From the sequence record NC_070936.1: a stretch of 64,000 nt of DNA. One strand, 5' to 3'. The notes beneath the pieces were generated by a model. The model made no database searches. It was not told the DNA's origin and saw only the letters and a program-made list of their open reading frames with translations. Shown here one piece after another: positions 48,725 to 57,085 of the stretch (positions are counted from its first letter, which is position 1; each line of letters opens with the position of its first letter). A program made the translations under genes and the position numbers.

Positions 48725-49330
48725 TTATGCTATCGCTTTCAAATCTTCAATGAAGAACATCAAGCCCTGGGTTGGATCGATGTTTATTGCTTCAACAGTA
48801 AACGTGCCTGAATGTTTACCAGTTGGATCAATGGCGTCTAGTTTATTGGTAACGATCTTATCCCAATAAATATTACCCATTATTTTCATTACACCATCTG
48901 GATTACCTTGCTCCGCTTCTGAAACAACACCATACTTATTGCTATCAGTTAACAGTACAATACCGGCTTGTTGTGTTCCGGCTTTAACTGCTGCGATCAG
49001 ATCGTCTACTTTAGCATACTCAGTGACAGTTACTGAGAATTCTTCTAAGATAGGTTTGATGGTTACTTTTTCAACTTCGATATCTGCACGGAAGAAACCA
49101 GTCTTACGAGAAAGGAAGCAACAACGGACAATGCCACTGTTGAAAGAAACCGGAGGTTCGATCATCACATCTTCGTGACGTAAACCATCATAACGTTGTT
49201 TGGCTAAGTCTAACTCTGCGCTTGGACCCGCTGCCTCTAGTTTAGCGATACGATCAACCATAAACTTTCGGGCAGACAGGAACACAGGGTCATTTATCTT
49301 TTTGCTATTGATACCTGAAACAGTGATCAT
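48725..49330 (-). CDS. stand-alone paralog of the N-terminal domain of the 3375-aa protein
   Basis: INSKKINDPVF...LEAAGPSAELDLAKQRY...RKTGFFRADI vs INKKCINDPLY...LEVEGPEDELALAKERY...RKTGFARVDV. Confidence 0.85.
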   Translation of the reverse strand: MITVSGINSKKINDPVFLSARKFMVDRIAKLEAAGPSAELDLAKQRYDGLRHEDVMIEPPVSFNSGIVRCCFLSRKTGFFRADIEVEKVTIKPILEEFSVTVTEYAKVDDLIAAVKAGTQQAGIVLLTDSNKYGVVSEAEQGNPDGVMKIMGNIYWDKIVTNKLDAIDPTGKHSGTFTVEAINIDPTQGLMFFIEDLKAIA

Positions 49331-49395
49331 AATTGACTACCTATAAGGGGGAAAGTGTTAGAGTAATTACTCATTCCAAAAGATTCAAATAAAAA

Positions 49396-49420
49396 TAGAC
49401 AGATATTATCATTATGTACA
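49396..49420 (+). promoter_or_regulatory. putative phage early promoter (degenerate)
   Basis: TAGACAGATATTATCATTATGTACA. Confidence 0.4.
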
Positions 49421-49449
49421 GTTAATAGTAATGTTAATAAGGAATCATT

Positions 49450-49905
49450 ATGACCCCACATGTTGGACCAGCCAGTATGCAAGAACATGAAACCGTAATA
49501 AAGGCTCTGTACGGTTCTATTGAAAAGATGCGTGAACATCCAACCTATCTGGAAGTTGTCAATCGCATTGAGTATTTAGAACGACTTAAAATCGATCTCT
49601 TTAACTTACTAGAGGAAGAAAAAGGTAATGTCCGTTGGTATAAACCTATCTCCTATTTGTCTTCTAAAATAGCAGACTTTGCTTATAAGTATACCGTGGA
49701 TAAACCTATCTCTGAAATCATCCATAAACTTAAAGCTCAGAAAGGGTTACCTGTGGGATTCGTAGTCGGTGAGCTTATTGAAGAAATGAATAAAGCTTTG
49801 TGCGTTATTCAGGACATGATCAAACACCGCAATAAACAATACTTCATTAACGACGACGTATATTTAAAAGAGGCTATTAAATGGAAAGAATCACAAAAAC
49901 GCTAA
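49450..49905 (+). CDS. hypothetical protein
   Basis: TAAGGA RBS. Confidence 0.7.
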   Translation: MTPHVGPASMQEHETVIKALYGSIEKMREHPTYLEVVNRIEYLERLKIDLFNLLEEEKGNVRWYKPISYLSSKIADFAYKYTVDKPISEIIHKLKAQKGLPVGFVVGELIEEMNKALCVIQDMIKHRNKQYFINDDVYLKEAIKWKESQKR

Positions 49906-50285
49906 ATCATGGTCAGTATTACTATGAGTTAGCCAATGAATCATTTAAAGGTCTATCCAAAGAAATCGAAGATGGGTATGCTTACCTTTCTCGTTTATTT
50001 GGGTGGAAACTTTATCTCACCTGGAATGGCGTTAAGACTGCATTGATCCTAGCAAGGGTTAAAGGTTTTATCACCGAAGCAGGTAAGATGTTTGATGATC
50101 CAGAATCTGTAGTGGAGTATTCTTATTATGAAGACATGATCGAAATGGTGCGTGAGTACGACGATCTGTTAAATGAATACAAATCTGACATCATCAAACT
50201 TTTCGACATGGCTTACGATGATCGCAATGTTGATTCTGAAACCCGCTTTAAAGCACATACCTGGGGCGGTCGTGTCCTTAACTAA
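49881..50285 (+). CDS. hypothetical protein
   Basis: GAGG RBS, overlaps upstream ORF. Confidence 0.7.
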   Translation: MERITKTLNHGQYYYELANESFKGLSKEIEDGYAYLSRLFGWKLYLTWNGVKTALILARVKGFITEAGKMFDDPESVVEYSYYEDMIEMVREYDDLLNEYKSDIIKLFDMAYDDRNVDSETRFKAHTWGGRVLN

Positions 50286-50296
50286 TAGGTGTAAAT

Positions 50297-50824
50297 ATGA
50301 ATACAGTATTCTGGTCCGATGGTCACGTGGATCACCTTCCTGCGGTTAAACAACGTGGCTTTGAAACTATCGAAGCATTTCAAGAGTATTACGCTGATAC
50401 TTGGTGTTCAACTGTCACTAAACGCACTAAGATTTTCTGCGTTGGTGATATGGCATTGACCCATCAAGGTTTGGTGTTCCTTAAGAAGCTTCCTGGTTAT
50501 AAACACCTTATCCTGGGGAACCATGATAAAGAACGTCAAAATGATATTCGGGATCTGATGGAAGTATTTGATGATATCGATGGTTTCTATAAACATAAGA
50601 AATCTCCGTTATACATCGCACACTGCCCTTCACACCCGTCCCAGTTACGTGGTCGTTTGATGGTACATGGACATACCCACATGCAAGTAATTCCTGACGA
50701 ACGTTACATTAACGTGTGTTTTGATTTGCTTCCTAACGGTCCTGTATCTATTGAAGATATTGTATCTGGTAAATATCGTTCATATAGGAAACCTGAAAAT
50801 GTTATCCAAACTGCAACGGCTTGA
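50297..50824 (+). CDS. calcineurin-like metallophosphoesterase
   Basis: WSDGHVDH, VGDM, LILGNHD, HCPSH, VHGHTH motifs. Confidence 0.9.
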   Translation: MNTVFWSDGHVDHLPAVKQRGFETIEAFQEYYADTWCSTVTKRTKIFCVGDMALTHQGLVFLKKLPGYKHLILGNHDKERQNDIRDLMEVFDDIDGFYKHKKSPLYIAHCPSHPSQLRGRLMVHGHTHMQVIPDERYINVCFDLLPNGPVSIEDIVSGKYRSYRKPENVIQTATA

Positions 50825-51026
50825 TAAGTTTCTGGATACCGCATTTAAAATTATCTTTACAGTCAATGTAGTGCTGCTCGGGCTAAATTTATTTTGGCCC
50901 AAGGAAACTGCTCGCAATACCATCTTAATACTTTTACCAACTCTCGTGATCATCATGACGATACAAGCTGTATTAGGCTTTATCATCTCCAAGAAGAAGC
51001 GGAGGAGAACTTGGAAAGAACGTTAA
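50799..51026 (+). CDS. small membrane protein
   Basis: Two TM segments and basic tail; start moved to ATG 50799. Confidence 0.6.
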   Translation: MLSKLQRLDKFLDTAFKIIFTVNVVLLGLNLFWPKETARNTILILLPTLVIIMTIQAVLGFIISKKKRRRTWKER

Positions 51027-51247
51027 AGTTAACCTTCTTCATCATCTTGCTGATATTAACATTCGTTATCTTTAACGGTGTTGTCTTGCATTGTTATGGT
51101 GAAGAGTTTGACAAAGACTTATATAACTTCATTTGGAAGTTTAATCTTTGTTTGTCTTTATTCTTGGCGTACATCACGTACGCCTTCTTTAATATGTTAA
51201 TCGACTATCGTTACCCAACTGGAACTGAAGATGAAGACTTTGAATAA
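51011..51247 (+). CDS. small membrane protein
   Basis: TTG start after GGAGGAG; two TM segments. Confidence 0.6.
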   Translation: MERTLKLTFFIILLILTFVIFNGVVLHCYGEEFDKDLYNFIWKFNLCLSLFLAYITYAFFNMLIDYRYPTGTEDEDFE

Positions 51248-52421
51248 ATATGAAGCCTGGTATATGGAACAGCTCAATAACATTATTGAGAACGGTCAGC
51301 GTCGTGGAGACCGTACAGGTACTGGTGTTATTTCATTACCTGATTTGGAATATCGTCATGATCTCCGTGAATCCTATCCGGTAACTTTCTCTCGTTGGTT
51401 TAACCTGCAGTTCCCTATCATCGAGATTCTCTGGATGATGTCTGGTGAATCAAACATCCAACGTCTGAAAGAAAATGGCTGTCCATTCTGGAATGGCTTT
51501 GCGGTTAAAGGTGACAAGATCGCACCAACCGAGCTTTCCATTACTGAGCGTCTGAAACTGCTGGCTAAAAAGCAGGGTGTCCCTTATGGTAAGGTTCTTC
51601 AAATCTTCGGTAGTGAGCGTCCTGAAGATATTACCATCGAACTGGACAAACAGCAGATTCCTAACACCCAGGATATGCTGATTGCTAAAGACGGTGATCT
51701 TGGTCCGGTGTACGGTGTTCAATGGCGACATTGGCCTAATCCGGATGGGACTACTTTCGATCAGCTGGTTTATGTATTGGAAACCCTCCGTAAAGATCCT
51801 GACAGCCGTCGTGTGGTCGTTGACTGTTGGAACCCAAGCTATCTACCTGATCCTAAGAAGAGTCCTGCAGAGAACGCTGTAGACGGTAAAATGGCATTGA
51901 CTCCTTGTCACTTCACTTTCGGTTTCTATACTTGGGAAATTCCTTTCCATGAACGTGTAGAAGAACTGAAGAAAGTTTGTAGTCGTCAGGAATGGATGTC
52001 AGTTTATCCAATCTATAAAGGTAGTGAGACAATGTTGAAGATCGATCACTTGATCGAGAAATACAATGTCCCTAAATACTATCTGGACCTTAAATACGTC
52101 ATGCGTAGTAATGACTGGATCTTGGGTCAACCGGCTAACATGAACATGTACTCTGCCATGTTGATGATGTTTGCGAAAGAACTGAATATGGTTCCTCGCT
52201 ATGTCAAATACACTGGTTGGGATGCGCATGTTTATACCAACCACCTGGAAGGCGCTGAAGAACTGAATAAACGTTGGGCTGAGAAGACTCACAAGTTCTC
52301 AACAATCAAGATGGATCTGGATACAGAACCAAAAGGTTTGTTCGGTTACCACCAAGATGACTTTAAGATCATCGGTAAGTATGAACCTATGGATCGTATT
52401 AAGTTCCCTATCGCCATCTAA
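51231..52421 (+). CDS. thyA: thymidylate synthase with two insertions
   Basis: DRTGTG, DLGPVYGVQWR, PDSRR...WNP, MALTPCH, RSND..LG.PAN, DAHVYTNH. Confidence 0.95.
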   Translation: MKTLNKYEAWYMEQLNNIIENGQRRGDRTGTGVISLPDLEYRHDLRESYPVTFSRWFNLQFPIIEILWMMSGESNIQRLKENGCPFWNGFAVKGDKIAPTELSITERLKLLAKKQGVPYGKVLQIFGSERPEDITIELDKQQIPNTQDMLIAKDGDLGPVYGVQWRHWPNPDGTTFDQLVYVLETLRKDPDSRRVVVDCWNPSYLPDPKKSPAENAVDGKMALTPCHFTFGFYTWEIPFHERVEELKKVCSRQEWMSVYPIYKGSETMLKIDHLIEKYNVPKYYLDLKYVMRSNDWILGQPANMNMYSAMLMMFAKELNMVPRYVKYTGWDAHVYTNHLEGAEELNKRWAEKTHKFSTIKMDLDTEPKGLFGYHQDDFKIIGKYEPMDRIKFPIAI

Positions 52422-52428
52422 ATAAACC

Positions 52429-52458
52429 AAGCTAGGGGCTCTTAGGAGCCTTTAGCTT
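52429..52458 (+). terminator. intrinsic terminator
   Basis: AAGCTAGGGGCTC-TTAG-GAGCCTTTAGCTT followed by T tract. Confidence 0.7.
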
Positions 52459-52500
52459 TTCAAGGTATACGTTTACCTACCCTACAAATAGGAAATCGTT

Positions 52501-52725
52501 ATGAACTTACCACAATGGGTTATAGAGGTTAATCAACATGCATTCCTGATAATGATCAGTTTCTCTTTCGCATTATCGTTCTTCTTCTGTTTTTCTGATC
52601 TCCATAAGTACACCAAGTTGAAATACATTGTTATCGACTTCGTGGGTTATGGGGTAATCTCAATCGGATCTATTATTGTCGTCTACACTCTGGTGATGAC
52701 CACTTTAATGAATCATTATTTATAA
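52501..52725 (+). CDS. small membrane protein
   Basis: Two TM segments; AGGA RBS. Confidence 0.65.
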   Translation: MNLPQWVIEVNQHAFLIMISFSFALSFFFCFSDLHKYTKLKYIVIDFVGYGVISIGSIIVVYTLVMTTLMNHYL

Positions 52726-52735
52726 GGAATCAAAA

Positions 52736-53635
52736 ATGAAAAACGTTAACATTCAAATCAATTCTTTCGTTGGCGTAGCATCAATCCAAACCATGATCCG
52801 CCATGTAGGTACTGTAACTAAACAAAAGGTTCTTGAAGATTGTATTATCGATGGGATGGTCGGAACCAATACCTTTAATGCCCTTAACTTCATTGCTGGT
52901 TATGTGTTCGGCACTCGCCCGCATGTTCCACAAGGCATCGTTGGATTGGAAGATGGCATTCTCTCCGTCCAACGTTGGTATGAGGGAGTTAGAACTTCAA
53001 TGCCGCCACATCGCCAATCAGTATGGCCTCGTTTGGAATGTGATGGTGTTTGGGGAACCGATACATATATCGCATTTTCCAATATGGCCAATTTATATTG
53101 CGAATTGTTCATTGCTGCAAAATCTAAATCTGAAGGATTCGGATTAAGACGTCGTGATCCTTCCCGTCCATTTATTGATGGTCGTCCTATTGACTTAAAA
53201 CCTACCCAGCCAGAAATCTCTCTATCTCCAAGAGAGACAGTTCAGATGACCGGTCAGGAAGATGACCCAGAAACTCTCCAGGCTCTTGCTAACGCTATGG
53301 GTTGGGATAATCCAGTGATTACCCCTGCTCAACTGTTAGCTTCTCAGAATGGGTTTGAGGCGTTAATCACACGTCATGCTGGGACTAAAGAAACCCTGGG
53401 TATTCTTGTATACATGAAGCCTAGTCGTTTATCTCGTTTATATGACTTCAATATTGTTGGGTTATATGTGCGTGAAGGTTGTCGTGATGCCAGTATCGGA
53501 ACTTCTTTAGTTGGTCGTCTTAAAACAATTGCCGCCAATCAAGATAGTGATGTGAGTTTTACCCTTGCGAGTGTAGCAAGTAAATCTTCTCGCGTTGCTC
53601 AGTTCTTGAGCGGTATGAAGATCAATATGAAGTAA
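52736..53635 (+). CDS. peptidoglycan-binding-like repeats fused to a GNAT-like domain
   Basis: DGMVGTNTFNAL and DGVWGTDTYIAF (PG_binding_1-like); IVGLYVREGCRDASIGTSLV (degenerate GNAT motif A). Confidence 0.55.
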   Translation: MKNVNIQINSFVGVASIQTMIRHVGTVTKQKVLEDCIIDGMVGTNTFNALNFIAGYVFGTRPHVPQGIVGLEDGILSVQRWYEGVRTSMPPHRQSVWPRLECDGVWGTDTYIAFSNMANLYCELFIAAKSKSEGFGLRRRDPSRPFIDGRPIDLKPTQPEISLSPRETVQMTGQEDDPETLQALANAMGWDNPVITPAQLLASQNGFEALITRHAGTKETLGILVYMKPSRLSRLYDFNIVGLYVREGCRDASIGTSLVGRLKTIAANQDSDVSFTLASVASKSSRVAQFLSGMKINMK

Positions 53636-53643
53636 ACCAATAA

Positions 53644-53671
53644 CCCTCTATTCCTTAACGGGAATAGAGGG
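53644..53671 (+). terminator. intrinsic terminator
   Basis: CCCTCTATTCC-TTAACG-GGAATAGAGGG. Confidence 0.8.
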
Positions 53672-53682
53672 GTTGGATTTCA

Positions 53683-53778
53683 GTTGTATTTCTTTTCAGA
53701 CATATATAATTAAAGTGTATAAGACAATAAAGTTTTATACAACTTACACTAATCAACTTATAGAGAGATACAATCATG
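53683..53778 (+). repeat. promoter-leader unit, copy 1
   Basis: Near-identical to 59894-59981 (GTTGTAT..TTTCAGACATATAT..AAGTG..ACAATAAAGTT..TTATAC..ATAGAGAGA..ATCATG). Confidence 0.8.
53693..53719 (+). promoter_or_regulatory. putative phage early promoter
   Basis: TTTTCAGACATATATAATTAAAGTGTA. Confidence 0.6.
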
Positions 53779-54126
53779 GCTAACAACTTCGCAAACGTAG
53801 AACACTTCGCTGACCGTAACGTAGATGGTCTGGCATACATGAAAGATGTACTGGCTAACGTTATGGGTGCTAACACCAAATCTGAGAAAGCTGAAGAATT
53901 CGGTAGCTTCTCTATGGCTGCTATCAAAGCTATCGGCCGTAAAGCTTTTGGTGCTATCCCACTGTTCCGTACCAAACCACAGGTTAATGGCATCATGACC
54001 TTCCAGGTTTTCTTCAACGACTTCGCTGAAGCTAACAACCTGAACATCCGTCTGCGCACTACCGGTGTATGGGACGAAGCAACTCTCAATGCCTTCACCA
54101 TGATGGTAGAGAAATACAAAGCGTAA
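53776..54126 (+). CDS. small protein with peptidoglycan-binding-like motif, paralog of 52736 N-terminal region
   Basis: RLRTTGVWDEATLNAFTMMVEKY vs RLECDGVWGTDTYIAFSNMANLY; strongly biased codons suggest high expression. Confidence 0.7.
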   Translation: MANNFANVEHFADRNVDGLAYMKDVLANVMGANTKSEKAEEFGSFSMAAIKAIGRKAFGAIPLFRTKPQVNGIMTFQVFFNDFAEANNLNIRLRTTGVWDEATLNAFTMMVEKYKA

Positions 54127-54132
54127 TAATCG

Positions 54133-54173
54133 GCATCAACAGTATGGGGAATTTATCCTTGTACTGTTGATGC
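54133..54173 (+). terminator. intrinsic terminator
   Basis: GCATCAACAGTA...TACTGTTGATGC long stem. Confidence 0.75.
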
Positions 54174-54212
54174 TATATTTAGTTAAACACTTTATTTTTG
54201 TCTGGAGAAATA

Positions 54213-54860
54213 ATGTCACCTAAATTAGTATTGGCGTTCGACATGGACGACACTCTTGTAGATACTTATGGTTTTATTTACAACCACATGTTGCAGTTCT
54301 ATACTGACCGTGGTATGGAAACCGAATTAAATTATATCATGGATATGCACGCCAAAGGTTTTAGTAGCTTAAGCTGGCGTAAAGATGAATCTGACGATGT
54401 GTTCTATCAGATCATCAAGAAACATACTTATATGGTTGATGCTAAACCAACCATGTTGCTCTCCAATGACTTCATCTCTATCTGTAATCGACTGATTGAA
54501 AGATATAAAGATGACGTTCAGTTTGTTATTTGTACACATCGTGGTTTTACAAGCCATGGGCAACCATTAACTGAAGAGTGGTTAGAGAAGTTTGAAGTCG
54601 ATCATATCTTCAAAACTGTTCATGCCCTGGATCGTAAAGAACATGCTAACAAAGTAGCGTTCTTGAAAGAACAATATCCTGGGTCTGAAATCCGTTTAGT
54701 TGACGATAACCCAATGCATGATGGTGAAACTGTTCATCCTTATATGCCTGAGTTAGTTATCTATGATAAGATTACTGCGTTACCGGGTTATGCTAATCAG
54801 CGTAAGTGGACCGGTAATCTTTCTTTCTTTAATATGTGCTACCAAATCCTTAAGGACTAA
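54213..54860 (+). CDS. HAD-superfamily hydrolase (nucleotidase-like)
   Basis: LAFDMDDTLVD motif I, CTHR motif II, K, LVDD motif IV; GGAG RBS. Confidence 0.8.
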   Translation: MSPKLVLAFDMDDTLVDTYGFIYNHMLQFYTDRGMETELNYIMDMHAKGFSSLSWRKDESDDVFYQIIKKHTYMVDAKPTMLLSNDFISICNRLIERYKDDVQFVICTHRGFTSHGQPLTEEWLEKFEVDHIFKTVHALDRKEHANKVAFLKEQYPGSEIRLVDDNPMHDGETVHPYMPELVIYDKITALPGYANQRKWTGNLSFFNMCYQILKD

Positions 54861-54862
54861 TC

Positions 54863-55486
54863 ATGAATATTTCTACTACTTCTAAACTTTCTTCATTCAT
54901 CCACTATACCACTTACTCTATGATCGTTGCTGTTGACGAAGCGGGTGGTATCGGCATTGATAATAAATTACCTTGGCCTAAGTGCAAGGAAGATATGCAG
55001 TGGTTCCGTTCTCAGACTTTGGGTAAAATCATCGTCATGGGTCGTAAGACTTTTGAATCGATCGGATCCAAACCTCTCCCTGGTCGTATCAACATTGTTA
55101 TTGGTTCCAAACTGGAACCAGAAGTAGCTCGTACTTTTAATAAAGAAAATGAAGGTAACAAAGACGCAGGGTATCTGATGTTTGTTCCTTCTGTTTCTAA
55201 AGCTAAAGAAATGATTTCAATGACCGCTGGTACACTTCACAATGGTGGTGAAGTAATGGTCATCGGTGGTGCTTCCATTTATGAGGCATTCTGGAACGAC
55301 ATTGGTCGAGTCTACCTTACTACTTTCAAGGATACCTTTAATACTGACGTTAAGATCCACATGAATCTAAATCAATTTGAATTGGTTTATCGAGATGACC
55401 GTTCAGTGTTGGGTCCTAAGTTTGAAATCTATGATGCTCAACAAACCTTCCGTGTTGAACGTAAAGACACTTCCCGTTTTGCTTAA
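54863..55486 (+). CDS. folA: dihydrofolate reductase
   Basis: IVAVDEAGGIG..NKLPW...EDM.WF..VMGRKTFESIG.KPLPGR.NIV; VIGGASIY. Confidence 0.95.
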   Translation: MNISTTSKLSSFIHYTTYSMIVAVDEAGGIGIDNKLPWPKCKEDMQWFRSQTLGKIIVMGRKTFESIGSKPLPGRINIVIGSKLEPEVARTFNKENEGNKDAGYLMFVPSVSKAKEMISMTAGTLHNGGEVMVIGGASIYEAFWNDIGRVYLTTFKDTFNTDVKIHMNLNQFELVYRDDRSVLGPKFEIYDAQQTFRVERKDTSRFA

Positions 55487-55502
55487 TTGAGAGATAAAGT
55501 AA

Positions 55503-55757
55503 ATGTTTAAGATTCCGGCTGATATGATCGGTAAAGTTCGTGTTGGTGAAACTTTGGTTATTACCAAAATTGGTCATGGTAAAGCTTCTATCTGTGGAGA
55601 ACATGTGGTAGTTGAAGTTCCATCCAAAGATCGTAAATTGGGTGAACGGTTCTTTGCTACTGGTGATAACCGTTTAGTTAAACGACTAAGTTTGACTAAT
55701 GTCGTTTCAACCTGTAAAGAAACTCAGATTGTCTTTAAAGGCAAACGTATACAATAA
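55503..55757 (+). CDS. hypothetical protein
   Basis: 84-aa ORF, GAGAG leader. Confidence 0.65.
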   Translation: MFKIPADMIGKVRVGETLVITKIGHGKASICGEHVVVEVPSKDRKLGERFFATGDNRLVKRLSLTNVVSTCKETQIVFKGKRIQ

Positions 55758-55766
55758 CAACTAATA

Positions 55767-55790
55767 AAGGGGATGGGTAACTATCCCCTT
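55767..55790 (+). terminator. hairpin / possible terminator
   Basis: AAGGGGAT-GGGTAACT-ATCCCCTT. Confidence 0.55.
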
Positions 55791-55802
55791 AGGAGTAATG
55801 TC

Positions 55803-55940
55803 GTGCATTTCTTATTAGAGCTATTAGCACTATTCGTAGGTGCTATCGTTATGGGGTTCGTATCTTTCTTAGGGTATGAAGCATTTAAGTACTTGAAAAC
55901 CCGTGCGGTAAAATTTTTCAAACAGATATTATCTAAGTAG
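55803..55940 (+). CDS. 45-aa single-pass membrane protein not in the ORF track
   Basis: AGGAG RBS then GTG; MHFLLELLALFVGAIVMGFVSFLGYEAFKYLKTRAVKFFKQILSK. Confidence 0.6.
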   Translation: MHFLLELLALFVGAIVMGFVSFLGYEAFKYLKTRAVKFFKQILSK

Positions 55941-55941
55941 T
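55914..55941 (+). promoter_or_regulatory. putative phage early promoter inside small ORF
   Basis: TTTTTCAAACAGATATTATCTAAGTAGT. Confidence 0.45.
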
Positions 55942-55970
55942 AAAGTAGAAATAATAAATTGGAGATGATG

Positions 55971-56618
55971 ATGTCTGAACAAATAACTGCGTTAGATTCT
56001 AGAGAAGTTTATCCAATGGAAATCATTGGGGTGATCTCAGAACAATCTAATCCAGCAATCATGGCTAAGATTCGTGGGAACACTAAACGCTTACCGTATC
56101 ACATCTATACCAGTGGTCCAGGTGGTAATGTGGCAGCTGGGTTCGCGATAATGGACATATTAGGATCCATGGATGTGAATGTAGTTTATTTCATCCAGGG
56201 TTTCTGCGCATCGATGAATGCGTGCTTTGTTCAGGATCGTGATTTCCTGAGATTGTGCTATCCGCATACTCGATTCATGTTCCACAGTTCGATGTTGAAG
56301 TTAGAGGGGAATGAGGAAACTATCGATAACCTCTACAAGAACCTTAAGCTTTATGATTCTGAAATTATTCAGGTCGTGGCTGATGGTGTCGGAATGGAAT
56401 TCAAAGAAGCTAAACGGAAACTGTTCACCTATGATAAATTCTTTATGGGTAAGGATTTATTAAAGCTGGGCGAAAACGGTGCTGTAGATGGCATCATTCA
56501 AACTGATCTGGGTGACCATAAATATCTGTGTGAAACTCGCGATGGATTGAAAGTGATCGATACTTACATTCATCAACGTTCAGACATTAAAGAACTTCCA
56601 CTGTGGGTGAAATCGTGA
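55971..56618 (+). CDS. clpP: ClpP-like serine protease
   Basis: IYTSGPGGNVAAGFAI, GFCASM (Ser), FMFH (His), YDKFF (Asp), GAVDGI. Confidence 0.8.
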   Translation: MSEQITALDSREVYPMEIIGVISEQSNPAIMAKIRGNTKRLPYHIYTSGPGGNVAAGFAIMDILGSMDVNVVYFIQGFCASMNACFVQDRDFLRLCYPHTRFMFHSSMLKLEGNEETIDNLYKNLKLYDSEIIQVVADGVGMEFKEAKRKLFTYDKFFMGKDLLKLGENGAVDGIIQTDLGDHKYLCETRDGLKVIDTYIHQRSDIKELPLWVKS

Positions 56619-57037
56619 ATCAGTTACTATGGATATTCTTGGGTATGGGTTGTGGGATCTATATCTTAATAGGTCTCTGGGTATTAGGTAATTACTTCTG
56701 GTGCTTCGGGACGGCACAGAGTAATCCAACCACTAAAATTAAATTCATTAACACCCTTATCTCCATTGGTCTAATTCTGCTATGGCCATTCTTTTATCTG
56801 TGGTTAGGGTGTGTGATCATTTATGACTATATCCAACACCTCAAGACTAAGAAAAAGAAAGTTCGTCTTTATACTTGCATAGGTAAGGGCGGTCGTTATA
56901 AATGTTACGGAGAAACTATTGGAGCAGGTACATCCAAAGGTGAGTCCGTGGTTATCTATCAAGACATAGATAGCAAGAAACTATTCCATCGTACCAGAGA
57001 TGACTTTGATAAACGCATGAAGCTGCTTGATAAGTAA
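56615..57037 (+). CDS. membrane protein with C-terminal DUF1653-like domain
   Basis: GTGA overlap; two TM segments; YTCIGKGGRY...VVIYQD...LFHR..DF. Confidence 0.65.
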   Translation: MNQLLWIFLGMGCGIYILIGLWVLGNYFWCFGTAQSNPTTKIKFINTLISIGLILLWPFFYLWLGCVIIYDYIQHLKTKKKKVRLYTCIGKGGRYKCYGETIGAGTSKGESVVIYQDIDSKKLFHRTRDDFDKRMKLLDK

Positions 57038-57085
57038 TCTGTAATAAACCAACCTCACTAACTTTAGAAAATAGGAATCAAGAAT

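Noticed and set aside
51231-52421. Intein or intron in thyA
   Set aside because: ORF is continuous and the insertions lack N-terminal Cys/Ser and C-terminal His-Asn motifs or endonuclease motifs
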